Shown: one piece after another, positions 1 to 14,810 of the stretch
Numbering within the stretch: position 1 is the stretch's first letter
Layout: each line of letters begins with the position of its first letter
The notes under the pieces: model-generated
Seen by the model: only the letters and a program-made list of their open reading frames with translations
Database searches by the model: none
Told to the model about the DNA's origin: nothing
Source: Chrysomallon squamiferum
Lineage: Eukaryota; Animalia; Mollusca
Length of the DNA stretch: 64,000 bases
Assembly (NCBI GenBank): GCA_012295275.1
Contig: CM022670.1
Location: forward strand, 17,298,001 to 17,362,000
Direction: 5' to 3'
Position numbers and translations under genes: made by a program

Positions 1-1834
1 ATATTAACAGATATTAAGTATATAATTTATGAAGATAAATAGTCAAAGACTGATGTTGTCACCATTGTTACTGGTTGGTTCCTAGTTCATAAATGTAATA
101 ATAATAATAATAATAGTGGTAGTAGTGGCAGTAGTAGTAGTAGCAGTAACAGTGGTAATAGTAATAATAATTGTAATAACAAAAATAGTAATATAATAAC
201 AAGGAACAATATCAACAATAACAATAAAATAATAGTAAAAACTAGTAATAATATAATGGTAAAAAATAATAACAACAAAAAAAAATAATAATATAATAGC
301 AAAAAAAAAAAAACAATAGTAATAACAATAATAACAATTTAACAATAACATATTAATGGAAATACTTAGAAATGGAAAGAGTTCAGTTGGTCCATTTTGA
401 AGCATTGATCCCTTGACCATCATCTCAAACAAATATTTAGTTGCTTTTTAACCAAACACTCTTTTCTTATATTACACTTTAAATGGTATGTGTGAAAAAC
501 GTGATTTAGTATTATATTACAAATACCAGTAATGTTCTGAGCTAAACACTGTTTGTGAGAATATCAAAGTTTAAGCTAACATGACTATAAAGTGCAAGTT
601 AACAGACAACAGTTGTGTGGATAAAACAGCTGTACTCAGACTGTGTTAGCTTCATTACTTCTTTCTGTCTAATGACTCAAAACACAAATACCTTTTCAGT
701 CTCTTCATGTGTATGTGTGTGTGTGTTTAGTAATTATTTCTGTTCTTACAAAAGGTTTTATATCTATATATTTTTTTGACACACAGTTTCCATCTATCAG
801 TCTATCCATTATATCTATCTATCTATTGATTTATCTGTCTGTATCTATATACATACATTTATATTTATCTTCTATATCAATCAATATATATATATATATC
901 AGTTTTGGGTAATTTCTTTGATGAGGTTACAATGGCTGAAAATGTAATAATAAAAATGTATATATTTTAATCTGTTTGTCTGTCTGTCTGCGTGTTTTGA
1001 ATTAACAGATTGCTCTGCATACACAATGAAGTAGTCAAAACATTTATCAGACACAAAAAGCTGACAATGCTGTGTATTTACAAAACACAGTGAAATAGAT
1101 AAATCAGTCAAAAACAAAGGACGAAAAAGAAAAAGAATCTGATTGTGCAATAATGTTTGACAACATTAAACAGATATAACAAACTTTCAAAAACAATTTT
1201 ATCATTTGGAAAATGCACCTCATCTCAATGAATATTATTATTTTCATTTGTTCTTGTGAATAAAAATACAGAGAAAATAATTTTAAGTAAAAAAGTATCT
1301 ATATAAACATCTGTTTTAATTTTTTAACTTATTTATGGTTTGTTATGTAATAGCCCTTACTTACGGAAACACTTTCATTAGAAAATCTAAATTACATCTA
1401 ATTAATTAAGAAGCAAAAAATATTAAAACAACAGTTCTCTTTTAAAGTATTCCATTACCTACTATGTTAGAATTTGACAATACAAATACATCTGAAACAG
1501 ATTTATTTTTCTTCTTCTTCTTCTTGATCTTGTAAGAATTTGTTTTGTTGAATTTTGAACGCAGAAATAATTGTTTGACTGGGAAATATTGATCAGCAGA
1601 CAATAACTGATTTCAGTGCAAATGGAACAGTCGCATTATGAGGCAATTTATTTTCCAAGATGGCAGTTGAAACTGCCACCAACTTAACTGACAAGAAAAT
1701 CACTTGTCATTATTCAAGTGAGAGCAGACATCTGTAGAAAAATAACATCACAGGTCACTTCTATCAGGGTCTGATCATTTAAACAAATTAAACTTCCAAC
1801 ATGTACACATTTTTACACTAACCATAATGAAAGA

Positions 1835-2070
1835 ATGTCATTAAAATATTTCACTATGTCTTGAATATTTATTTTATGAATATAATTTGAAATTACTCTA
1901 AATTATGTTGATAAATATTTCACTATATGTCTTGAATATTTTTTTTATGAATATAATTTGAAATTGCTCTAACCAGAATAAAATTATGTCAGTAAATAGT
2001 TCATTAAATGTCATTAATATATTTTTGTGAATATAATTTAAAATTAGACCTACAATGTCATTATTTCATT
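1835..2070. repeat. Diverged ~70-bp tandem repeat (3 copies)
   Basis: tgaatataatttgaaatt recurs at about 1877, 1948 and 2028. Confidence 0.75.
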
Positions 2071-5000
2071 AAATGGTTCTGGTATTTATTTTTAAATTTA
2101 TATTAAACTGATGAATTAAGTGTGAAATTTGAATTATTTTGTACATTGGTAAAAAAGGATTTTGTAAATGTATATGAAAGATAATATTTTTAAAAACAAC
2201 TTCATTCACTTGAGATGATCTTAGACTTTAGTTGTCAACAAAATGGTCTCATAGTAATTATAACTCTATGGACAATTTTCTTTACCAGAAAAACATGACT
2301 CTTGATTAAATTCATTGGTTCTCAAGTAGAAGAAATCAAGTAAAAATGATCAATGTGAAGCTAATCTGAAGCAAAATATTATTTCAGCATAATCGTTACT
2401 GGCAATCAAAGACTGTCATCAGTGTACAAAGATCAAAGAGAATGGATGTACTGCTAACAATGTAATTAAATTTTTGTTGTCAGTAATAACACATAATCAT
2501 GTAAAAATAAATAAAAATAAATAAATAACTGATTGTTGTGAAGGTCATACTGATTATAGAACAAACTGCAAAACGCTATATAAATATTTTTTTAATATGA
2601 TAATTTGGTCATTTTCTTTATTTTCTGAATCTGATGAAACTATTTTTATTCTCTGCATTGTCAGTGATATGGTGAGATATGTTAAAGATCATAAATAATT
2701 TCATTTTGAAATTCGTATTGTTATATTTGCAATTTTCTTTTAAAAAACCCCTCAAAACAGTAAGATGACCTTATTGAAATTCATTGCAGGATAGTGTTTA
2801 CAATTGCATGTTGTTCTCAAAACATATTGTTTTTGTTACCTAATTTCAGTAATTTGTTTTTTATGGGCAGTTTTTTTAATAATAAAAACCATTTTCTATT
2901 ATACATGAAATCATGTTGTTTTGAGTTAATTAAATTTCGCTGTACTTGAACATATTTTTTGTTCTTACCTTTTTTTTTTTTTTTTTTTCCATTATACTAT
3001 TTGACATTTACAGAAATAACGATGAATACATTGTTTTCATCTGAACTTAAATAAAAACATAACAAATAATAATAACTAAATTAATATATATTAATCTATT
3101 GAATTATCATTATAAATAGATGACTTCAAAATAATTGTTAATATATGAGATTACTATAAAAACTTTCAAACATTACCTGGCAAAAAAGATCACATTATAG
3201 TTAATAAATAATAGTTCATATAAATTAGTTCTGTGCATTAGATCTTTAAATTAAATATTTCAGTAAATAATAAGTCATAATTATGATTAAATCGAAAGTG
3301 AATTTTACAGTTGGGTAAATGTTTATTGAAATGTTACTGGTACTTTGAATGATTTCAAAGTAGTTAATTGGCAAAAATTTATAGAAATCAGTATTTCATT
3401 CTTAAAAATGAAAATAAAATTAAAACGTGATCTAGTATGTGTTTTATCAAAGACATGAGAAATGCTCAATTGTTTAAGGACATCTGGAATGAACTAACTG
3501 AAACAGCTTGAAAGCTGTGATTGACTTTGTAAAATAACTGCAAAAACATTTGTCTTTGTTACTTTTTTCTTTTGCTTTGTTTGTTTTTTGTTGTGTTTTT
3601 TTTTAGGTAATGAACATTTATTTTAGTTGCATTGTCCAAGGGTCTAATTTAGTTGCACAGACAGAAATCAATCTGAAGTTGGACATGTAACGTTCATGAA
3701 TACACGTGCATTACAAAACTTTAACATGATGATGACTCCTGCAAATATCTTGAAGCAGTTGCACGACCCATTCTGTTTAATGAGCCAAATGACAAAATCA
3801 ATCTGAAATACTTCTGGTTAGCAACATCAGTTCCCATTAAGTTGTCAGCGATGAAACTGAGCCTCTTTCTTGTGCACTTTGAAATTAATTTCTCTTTCTG
3901 AAAAACTAAATGAATCCAACAACAGAAAATGGGAGATGTCGTTTTTCAGAGAATGAAATCCATTGTTGATTACTCAATCAGACCATAATAGAAGCACACG
4001 TTCTCAAACTGTAAATTGGACTAAACTTGTGAAAAAAAATAGAAATGAAAAAAAAATATTCTTGGGAAACTGAGAACACTAGGGAGAGAAAAATGAGTGT
4101 TGTTTTTGACATGAATATTATACACTTCATCTTTAGCTCAAAGCAAGTTCAGTGCCAAATGAAATATTAGATTTTTTAAATCAATACTTCGGTTGTCAAG
4201 TACTCATTGAGCAATTCTTAATGATCATTTTACATTAAAAATAATTGTAGAATAATACATTTCATAAAAAAAAACATTCAATGACTCCCAGTTAAAAGCT
4301 AAATATTGTTCTGTTCAAGAATAACATTATTTTTGTTGTTAGGATGTAAGAAACATTGATTTTTAAATTTTTTAATCATCTATATTTTCCAGCAGAAATA
4401 AAAGCAGTTTTAAATAACTGCTAGTCTTTGTCACTGACCACTGACTGACAAGATGAAGAGATAAAACAAAAAGATGATCATCAAAATCTGGGATGAACTA
4501 AATAAGAAAATTTTACATTAAAAGAAACAGTTATAAACACACAAAATAAATATTAAATTGTATTAGTAAGAGTCAGTAAGATTGTTGTTTTTGTTACGGT
4601 ATAATTTTTTTTCTATCATTGTGTGACCAGGGTAATGTTAATGATGTTCATCTGCTTTTGACCTTGGCTTCAACCATGATTTGAAAGGAAATCAATGTCA
4701 TTAGTGAAAGATGCCTCTGATGAAAGGGAAGTAAATTCTTGATGGCCTCTCTCTCTATATACACATATACACACACTGAGCTGGTATTGGATAGGAAAAT
4801 TGATTCCTTCATGCAGGAGAAACATGCAAGCACAGAAATGTTTTCAAAACTGAATGTTTGACTGAGGAAAATACTGAAGGTCATTCATCAGCTTCATTTG
4901 ATTATAGTATCACTTAGATGAAAGACACATTACATGACTACACACGATAACCAAATATACATTAAATATACATGAATGAAAGAATCACACAGAAGCACTA

Positions 5001-7873
5001 TTACTTATATAAAATTAGAAAATACTGTGAACTTTCTTTAGAAATTGTAAAAATGTAATGCAAAAATTATTAAGTACTCTTACTTATTTACATCAAAAGT
5101 ACTGCATACAATTTTTATAGACAGAGACTGAAAAAAAAAAAAAAGAGTTAATTTATTTATTATTTTTTTTTTTAATATAATACAGACCTAATGTTTTAAA
5201 GATTTTTGTGAGATCTGACTTTCAAGTAAAATTTGACAGTAACCAGGATTAAACATGATCTCTATCACGACATCAGAAGCTGCAAAGTAGAAATGTGCAA
5301 AATCTTGTTAATGATCTCAATTTGACACGTAAATATTGCACCATGAATGACTTTGTGACACAAAATGAAGCATGCTAAACCAAGTGAAGAAGCAGATCTG
5401 GGATTTTCCCTGATCAGACTAACTGTCAAGTGGAAGTCAGCTGAATTGAATCAGTTTTTCATAATGACACACTCAGTGCTGTGTATAATCCAAAATCACC
5501 GAAGATTTATATTTTAATAAAAAGAAGTCATAACTTAATATTTTAATACTGATACTATTCCAGTGTGGGAAGATCTCTTAGCACATTAATTCTTTCCTGA
5601 TAACTGAAATCAGTGACATGGGGTGAAGACTCAACAACGTTATGAAAAATTAGGAGGTTAGATTTACATCACTGGTTTTTCTTCTGCAGAAATAGATATA
5701 TAAATGTTTATGAGGCATAAACTTATTTTAATATTAATGATAACCATTAATTCTGTCTGACTTTCCAGTGGAAAATAAATATTTTATAAACAATATAGAG
5801 AGCAGATATTAGAATGGGAAATAAGCCACTGACTGCACTAATGAAGTTAGATCCATCCTGCCCCAGGCCATTATTCTAATCAGTTGACAGACTCCTTTTT
5901 TCTTTACAAAAAGCACTCAGTTATCGTAGTTATTTTCTGTTTGTTGAACAATATAAAAGAAATATGCTGCTTAATGAATCAGTGTTTAATGACTCTAAAT
6001 ACTGCATACACTGACGTAGATAATCTTATATTTCAAAGTAAATTACTTTATAAATCAATTTTCTAACTGTACCAAAACACACAGCACAACTGAATTAGTA
6101 AGCAGCGAGTTTTCAGTAACCAAACAAAAACATCAAAGTCTTTATATAAATATCAGCAATCCTAATTAGATTTAATAAAACATAAACTGACAGGACTTTT
6201 CTGTGTTGTATTTACAAATGTCACTCACTCGCTAGTAGGTCTTTTGTTGATGAATTGATTCCAGTTTAAAGTCGAGCCGATATCGCCAGAGAATAGAAAT
6301 AAACGTGTGTTTCTAAGCAATGTCTTTTATCAAGTTTAGTTTTTCTCCTGAGGATCGTTACTAACTCGCCTACGAATGAGGTTTGTAAAAGAGTTTTTAC
6401 GGCCTCGCAGACGAGCTGTTTTAACTCTTTGAATTATCTTACTGACTGAAATCAAACAGAATGTGAAACGACAAAGACTTTATTTCAGTGAATGTTTCCT
6501 TTCTGAAAACATTCTCTGTTTCATTGCTTTTTGTCAATGAGGCCCGACGGTTTTTTACCAAAGGGAAATACTCTGCTAGACTGTAAAAACTTTCCAGAAC
6601 GTTCCATTCAGATCTGGAATACGTTGTAACAGGACTCATTATCATTAGTATTATTGCTAGATAAACTCTGGTTATAATGTGGTATTATTAAAGTTTTCTT
6701 TTGTTCATTATAAATAATAAACACAGTAATCACTGTTCAGCCTGACTGTTTCATTTCCAGGCAAACACAGTGATAATATCTGCTTTCCTGGCATGAGAAA
6801 ATAAGTAAAAGAAGCTCTCTTGCTAATAAGTGTATCTGAAAATAAAATGAATCTAGAAGATATGTATACAACCATTTATTTTCTTTTAACTACCACCAGC
6901 TTGCTCAAACCATTCAGTAACTTATATATTTACATTAATAGATAAAACAACCAGCACTGACTATTACTTGATGAAACTGTGGTCTGTCAGTAACAAAATA
7001 AAATCTTTTTCACAGTTATTAAATTTTATTTATTTTCCAAAACTCAGTGCTTGGAACAAAATAATTAATAATCAATTCAGAGTGATGTTAATTGTTGACC
7101 TTCAAATAACCTCAGCAATTGTCTTGTCCCGCTTGACATGTGAATTATCTACTGAGTGAGGACAAATTGACAGGTACAGGATCCAGCAACTCCCAACACC
7201 AGCTTTTACCATTCTGCAGTTGAAAGAATCAATTAATGCACTGATTGGTCATGATCTTTGTGTCACATACACCTAAATATTACACGCCAGTTGACTGGCT
7301 GAACTACATACAGTTCGATGTTACGGGTAGTCTGATTGGCTGAATGCAATTACACTTAATGTTACAAGTCAGCTGATTGGCTGAAGGCACACATATTCCT
7401 TATTGTTGTCAAGAATCCATACTGTGTGACACAATCATAAAGATTGAATATGGAGACAATTTTAATTCAAAATTCAAGGGGTACATAATCATTTCCTCTT
7501 AGGCCTCTGTCATGTGATTATCATGTGTCTAACTTAATTATGGAAAACATCTCATTAATATGGTGACTGTTTAACAGGTTAATTTTATTTTCAAAAACTG
7601 TCAAAATTAATTATTTCGAAAATATATTAAGACACAAATGAAATTTAATTTATAATGCAGAATAACACATCACAATGAGTCAGATTAAAAGAAAATAGGT
7701 TATAATGTACTGATTCAATACCTAATTCTACATTTATCTAGTTCTATATAAATAAATTTTCAAGATAAATATTATATCGTGTTTGATATTGATCAGTTTA
7801 GTGTATGAATGATGGCGATTTTTACAAAGAAAAAAGACAATATTATTCCACTCTAAAACATTTATAAACTATA

Positions 7874-7907
<34 letters not shown>

Positions 7908-9429
7908 TTGTCAGTAAGACGTGTATGTGTGGTAACAGAATTTTTGTCAATCCTATTTAAAATGATTTTATCGATTCTCTAATGGTTAACGCAGACGTAG
8001 AAATGTCTGCAGAATGTACAAGATGTCTGACAACTGTGATGTGGCAACACTTCTAACAACTACCAGACATACCTCTCTTGTTGTCTGGGAGAGAAAAATG
8101 TGTGTTATCAAGCGCAGAAGAATGTTGTATGAAATGTGGTAACATTCTAGTGAAAGACTCTGATGCGTTGATGAAGGCAAATCTACAGCTCTTGTCAGCA
8201 TGTTGACACCATATTTAAAAATACATACAACCATAACACACGTCAGTAATAAATAGCTGTGTAATAAATAAACGGACATAGATGTATATCTTTATAACTT
8301 AGACATATACGTCTTTACAGTAAATAAATGGACAGGTTCATTTTATTTTCAAAAACTGTCAAAATGAATTATCTGAAAAAATGTGTTAAGAAACAAATCG
8401 ACATATATATCTTTATAATGAATAGATAAACACATATTTTTACAATAAATAGACACCCATCTTTATAATAAATAGATAGAAACATTTATAATAAATAGAC
8501 AGTTATCTTTATAACAAATAAATGAACATATATCTTTAAATATTATAATGAAATGTATAGCAAAAACTCCAGAATTAAATTAAATTCTAAAAAACAAAAA
8601 AAAAAAAAACTTGTTAATTTGAATTCCATTACAACAACCATTTCTTTTCCTTTTTTTTTTTTTTTTCGTTTTTCTTTCTTTCTTTCTTACTTTAAAAAAA
8701 AAAAAAAAAAAAAAAAATAATAATAATAATAATAATAATATAAAAAAATAATTTTAAATTAGAAATATATCAGATGACTATAAAAACACAGCTTAGTGAT
8801 CTCCAGCGTGACAGACAATAAAACTTTTTTTTATCACCTGATCGGTGCACTGATTTACAAGGTTAACAAAAAATCGTTAACTTTCTTCCACCAGGCACAA
8901 ATGGCAGACATAAACTGAACAATCGTCGTTACATCGGCAATAAAACGTCGTACAGCGGAGGAGATGATGGCGACCACGTGAAAGAAAACAATTTCCTCTT
9001 ACAGCACACTGCTAGCTGACGACAGGACGTCTCAGTATGAAGTGTGCTGGTGACAACATCGGCATACACGTCTTTCAACACAACACTCGGCGTTTCTCTG
9101 CGCGCACTTAGAATCATGGCTTCATCTTTTTAACAGTTTTTATATACGGAGTATGTGTTTATAAAAACAGTGAAAAGAAAGTGAAAAAATAAATAAATAA
9201 TAATAATAAATAAAAATTAAGAAAAAAGATAATAATATTTATAATAACGTAAAGATTGAGTTACTTTACAATTAGATTTTGTTAAAAGATATCTATATCT
9301 ATATATCTATATAGATATAGAAGAAAACTGAAATAAATTTAAAAAAATAAAAATAATAAAACCTAAATAATAATAATAATAATAATCAGAAGAAGAAGAA
9401 GAAGAAATTGAAGAAATTTAAAAAAAAAG

Positions 9430-9434
<5 letters not shown>

Positions 9435-9478
<44 letters not shown>
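9435..9478. repeat. (TA)n microsatellite
   Basis: Perfect TA run. Confidence 0.95.
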
Positions 9479-9483
<5 letters not shown>

Positions 9484-10009
9484 CTAATACTGAATAAAAA
9501 AAGAAATTTCATTATATAGCCTATATTTCTTTTTTTACAATAGAGATATCTTTGTGGAATTCATCAGAGCCTGGTGTTTTACAAAAACAACAAGAACTTT
9601 GCCACACGTTTTCACTTTCTGGAGCAGTTTGGCGGGATAGCTAACTTTCAATCATGCTTAAAGAGATTTTTTTTTTCTCAGATTTTCTCAGTTGATCTGA
9701 CATATTATTTTCACTGAAAGTTTGGTTTTGCCATCACACTTAGCATTTCTAACACGAAACAATTCCAAGAATATTACAAGAAGTGCTGCAATAAACAATA
9801 ACAAATCTCTTTAAATACATTTCTTTACACATCCTTGTCGCTTCTCTTAAACATCTCAGAGAATTGCTATGGTTATATTCAAAAAATGAAGATTGAAAAG
9901 CGCAAACACACAGCCAAATATTTTTTTAAAAATGCATGAAAAGGAGAATTCAGAATGTAATGTTGATTATAAAGAAAAACTAAACAAACAAAATCTCTTA
10001 AAAGCTTTG

Positions 10010-11050
10010 ATTCACATTATGAAATTAATACTGTATAAGTAAATGATAACTCATGATAATAAGCCATGATTCACATTATGAAACTGCTTTATTAAAAGTA
10101 AATGATAACACTAATACATTACGATATCAGTAAAAAATAGCTCTGATTATAAACTCTGGTATAAACTCTGATTAACATAATGAAATTACTGAATGAGAAT
10201 TCTAACTCTGGTATAAACTGAATCAGTTTATGAAATTAGTATTTCAATAAATGATAATTAAGGGGTATAAACTGATTCATATTATAAAATTATTATGGTA
10301 TCAGTAAATAATGACAAAAAATGACTCTAATAGTGATAAACTCTGATTCACAAAATGAAATTACTGTATTCAGTAAATAAATGAAAACTCTAATGGATAC
10401 AAACTATTAAATCACATTTAAATGAAAATTACAAACTCTAAATCACATTATGAAGATACCATAATATAAATAATAACTCCAATGTGTATAAACTCTGATT
10501 TGCATTATTAAATTACTATATTAATAAATGAAAACTCTAATGGGTACAAACTCTAAATCACATTATGAAGATACCATAATATCAGTAAATAATAACTCCA
10601 ATGTGTATAAACTCTGATTTGCATTATTAAATTACTATATTAATAAATGAAAACTCTAATGGGTACAAACTCTAAATCACATTATGAAATTACCATAATA
10701 TCAGTAAATAATAACTCCAATGTGTATAAACTCTGATTTGCATTATTAAATTACTATAATAATAAATGAAAACTCTAATGGGTACAAACTCTAAATCACG
10801 TTATGAAATTACCATAATATCAGTAAATAATAACTCCAATGTGTATAAACTCTGATTTGCATTATTAAATTACAATAATAATAAATGAAAACTCTAATGG
10901 GTACAAGCTGTGAATCGCAGATGGAAATTACTATGATGTCAGTAAATGAAAACTCTGATTCACATTATAAAATTGTTGTAGTATCAGTAAATTATAACTG
11001 TAATGGTCCTAAACTCTGATTCACAGTGTAAAATTACTGCAATATCAGTA
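10010..11050. repeat. Tandem array of about 60-bp monomers with a homogeneous 119-bp dimeric core (about 10430-10905, 4 copies)
   Basis: acaaactctaaatcac recurs at 10431, 10546, 10665 and 10784. Alternating subunits start aaactctaaatcacattatgaa and aaactctgatttgcattattaa. Diverged monomers lie on both sides. Confidence 0.9.
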
Positions 11051-11500
11051 AAGTGGGATGGTTTCAAAGGCTCTTCTTAAGAGAGACAAGAAAAACCCAG
11101 GTTCTCTTTGTGGGTGCGAAAGTCTGACATCTGCCAAAGAACAATTTCAAGCTCAATTTGAAGTGAAAGTTTTAAAGTGAAAAAGTGTAAACTTTATGAG
11201 GCATGTACCCTAAGAGACAAAAGTTCTGTCTATCATGTTTCAAAGAAATATTTAAACTCACTTTCTTATTTCAATCTGCCAGTTTTTTTTTTTTTTTTTT
11301 ATTTATTTTTTTTTTTTTTGTTCATTTTTTTTTTTTAAAGGAAAGAATTAATAAAATAAACGGATAATGCTTATTTTTATTTTCCTCCAAAATGGTTAAT
11401 GTCATTCTGTGTAAAAATCTTCAAGGCTTGGCAGACTCCTCCCATTGGCTTTTATCCAAATACTTTCAGAAATATTTCTCATGAGTCTACATTATTATTA

Positions 11501-11531
<31 letters not shown>

Positions 11532-11727
11532 AAAAAGAAGAAGAACTAAAGTGGGAAAGGAAATATCTCTTTTTATCTCACTATCAGGCAAATCTAGTTG
11601 TTGAACCATGTAAGTAAGATAAACTTCTTTCTTAGTACAAAACAATGTAAAAAAATCAAACAAATCAATTGCTTTTGTATCTGAAGTCTCCATATTGACT
11701 TAGATAATGCTCTTTTCTCTATTTCAT

Positions 11728-11729
<2 letters not shown>

Positions 11730-11764
<35 letters not shown>
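11730..11764. repeat. (CA)n microsatellite
   Basis: Perfect CA run. Confidence 0.95.
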
Positions 11765-11772
<8 letters not shown>

Positions 11773-12139
11773 CAAAAACAAACAGACACACACAATAAAA
11801 AAAAGAAGATTAAAAACCCATATTAATGTTTTTATTTTTTTTGTTATTTAAAAAAAAAAAATGTAATATTATGGTTTAAGTATTTTAAAATAAATTTTTC
11901 TTTCATTAAGAATGAAAAGATATGTTCTTGTAAACACACACTACTTGTGTATCAGCATTTGGAGTCTATAAAGAGTTACAGAAGTGAGAGATGCACTCAC
12001 TTTGTTGAGTTACTGCTGCCAGCCTGAACAAACAAACTCTATCACAGCTGTGTTTTCCTGGTCTTGGTGAAATCCCAGTGATTTTAGTTCTCTTTTGTTC
12101 AGCATCTTAAAACTCCCAACCATCTGACACACTATGTTC

Positions 12140-13075
12140 ACAAGTGTATGATACATCACTGTATGATACAAATATGATACATCCCTCTGCATGATACATC
12201 ACAAATGTATGATACATCATTCTGTATTATACATCATTCTATATGATACATCACTATATGTGATACATTACTAACATGATATATCAATGTGTCTGATATT
12301 TCACCAGTATATATGATAGATGACTAGTGTGTGATACAGCACTGTGTATGATTTATCACCATATATGATACATCATCAATGTGTGGTATGTAATGGATAC
12401 ATTACTGGTATATAATACATTACCAATATACGATACCATCAATGTATGACACATCTCCAGCGAATGATATTTCACCAGTATATGAGACATCACCAATATA
12501 TGATACATTGCCAATGTATGATACATCACTAGTGTATGATTCATTACCAGTGTATGATTTATCACCACTGTATTATATATCACTAATGTATGATACATTA
12601 CAATTATAATACATTACCAATATATGATACATCACTGTATATGATACATTACCAGTGTTTGATAATCACTGTATGTGATACATTACCAGTGTATGATAAT
12701 TTACCAGTGTATTGTACATTACTAGTGTATGAAACATCAGCAGTGTATTATACATCACAAGTACAATACATTACCAGTGTAAGATACATCTCTGTATATA
12801 ATACATTACCAGTGTATTGTACATTACTAGTGTATGATACATTACAAGTATAATGCATTACCAATGTATGATACATCACCATATATGATACATTACCAGT
12901 GTTTGATACATCACTATATGTGATACATTACCAGTGTATGATACATTATCAATGTATGATACATCACAAGTACAATACATTACCAGTGTATGATACATCA
13001 CTGTATATAATACATTACCAGTGTATTGTACATCACTAGTGTATGAAACATCAACAGTGAATGATACATCACTAA
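12140..13075. repeat. Degenerate ~18-bp minisatellite (consensus about tgatacattaccagtgta)
   Basis: Dozens of variants of tgatacat(c/t)ac(c/t)agtgta. Generates the spurious MYHTLV-type ORFs. Confidence 0.9.
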
Positions 13076-13105
13076 TATTAATAAATAAATTAACAACAGT
13101 CTTCT

Positions 13106-13140
<35 letters not shown>

Positions 13141-13219
13141 TTACAATTAATAAAACCCAAATTCCATGATGACTTAATCAAGTCTAAAACATAATCTATC
13201 AACTATCTGTTTTCATCTT

Positions 13220-13650
13220 CAGGGCTAATTCCTCTATCAGCGTTTTCTCAAACCAGTGCTGGACCCGACCCGCACAGGCACACAACTCATTTGTGTTTTT
13301 ATAAGTGTATGAATTATTGCTAACAACTGCACACAGTAACCCAATAACACTACTTAAGCCAGATCAACAGCTCAGCTATCTGAAGCTTGCACACAGCAGC
13401 CACATCGGCAGTATGCTGTGTGATCAAACAACGACGGCAGATGATCTATGGGGAACAACCGACAGGGATAAGAAGCAATAAATCTCAACATTATGGAAAG
13501 GAATCTCTGGGATTTTTTTTCTTTCATCTGATACGCTACGGTGAAATTTTGCACTTACTACTTGATGTAACCGTGTGATACTTGAAATAAAAACTAGTCA
13601 CTACCGAAATCTAGTAAATAAATTAGTCACTAGCTGGAGTGCTAATCCTG
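13220..13650. mobile_element. Possible decayed non-autonomous DNA transposon (hAT-like ends)
   Basis: CpG-richer block beginning cagggct.../cagcgttttctcaaac and ending ...tagtcacta...tagtcactagctggagtgctaatcctg. TIRs are imperfect and no TSD was found. Confidence 0.3.
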
Positions 13651-13659
13651 GGAAAGCTC

Positions 13660-14200
13660 TTGATGTGGACAGATTGGCAGACAGATGGATACATCAACAG
13701 ACAGAAGAATGTGTGGACAGTCAGAAAAATTCATGGACAGATGATAATGGACACTGATAAATGAGATGACATATTGATACATGGACAAACAGACAGAAGG
13801 ATATGTAGACAGACAGAGTGGATACATGAACAACAGATGAATACATGGACAGACAAGCTGATACAGAGAGGAAACAGACATACAGATATATAGACAAACA
13901 GATGGATATGTTGACAACTGATAAATATATGATAGACAAACTGATACATGGACAAACAGACATATGGATATATACTACAATAGCAAGTAAATTTGATCAT
14001 ACAGAATGCTGTTGGTACTCCTGGCTATTGCTTTGCTCTCTGTCAGTCTGTTCTCCTGAATTTCTTCAGTTATCACAGATCTCTGTGTCAGTGTATCCAC
14101 TAGTCTGTCCATGTATCTGCTGATGTATCCATCTCTCTGTTGTCCACATATCCCTCTGTCTGTCTGTCTGTCCAGGTATTCATCTTTTGTCCATATATCA
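13660..14200. repeat. GACA/GATA-type degenerate minisatellite in two inverted arms (13660-13975 and about 14080-14200)
   Basis: Left arm reads gatacatggacagacag...; right arm reads ...ctgtctgtccatgtatc, the reverse complement of the same unit family. Confidence 0.8.
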
Positions 14201-14248
14201 ATTCTGGTATCAAAGCAGGAAGGAAACTTAGCACTGAACAGGAAGAAT

Positions 14249-14769
14249 ATGTCCAAATTAACAGTCGATGATTGTTTCAAATCTAAAGAACTTTTTAACA
14301 AAGATATTTTACATTTCATTAGAGTAGAATTAGATATTTGCTTTTTAACTGATTGGAAATGTTTGCTTCAATTTAGCCCTAGTTGCTGATTATTTTGATA
14401 CTAATAAACATTTACAAGTTTTATGTCACTTTGGTTTAAATAAAAATAATAATTGCACTTATTCTACTTTTATTACTATTTTTCACCAGTTCAAACATAT
14501 GTTTTGTGGATTGAGTTTTGACAGAAAAGTTTGTAGTAACTATATGCACACCAGTGGACTTCTGGTCAGAAAGAAGGTCAAGTACTTATGGGAGAAGATA
14601 ACACATTTTCAACAGGATTCAAGGATGACTACTGCAATGAAGGATGTGTTTATTCATGGACATTTAATAGATCATAGAAGAGACTATAGAGAAATTGTTA
14701 AAAAAAACTGAACATGTTGTAAAAGTGAGACCAAATGGAAATTATCTTTCTATAAGCACTAATACATAA
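14249..14769 (+). pseudogene. Decayed intronless gene (about 170 codons), convergent with the 14811-15501 gene; function unknown
   Basis: MSKLTVDDCFKSKELFNKDILHFIRVELDICFLTDWKC from ATG 14249 shifts into a stop-free frame 14349-14711 (CFNLALVADYFDTNKHLQ...DYREIVKK). It then shifts at the A8 run at about 14700-14707 into TEHVVKVRPNGNYLSISTNT*, followed by AATAAA at 14775-14780. Confidence 0.5.
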
Positions 14770-14810
14770 CATGCAATAAACGACACAAAACGAATCAGAC
14801 TTCAATAATT

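Noticed and set aside
82-432. Hydrophobic ORFs (also 16132-16428, 16913-17203, 41897-42169, 57057-57515)
   Set aside because: Translations of AAT/AAC/TAG and poly-A/T low-complexity tracts, with no splice or domain support.
10430-10905. Regularly spaced repeats resembling a CRISPR array (also 20545-20875)
   Set aside because: Units are contiguous tandem copies with no unique spacers; eukaryotic context and no cas genes.
12356-14123. Repetitive ORFs (MYHTLV..., SVCLS...)
   Set aside because: Products of minisatellites; open in several frames on both strands.
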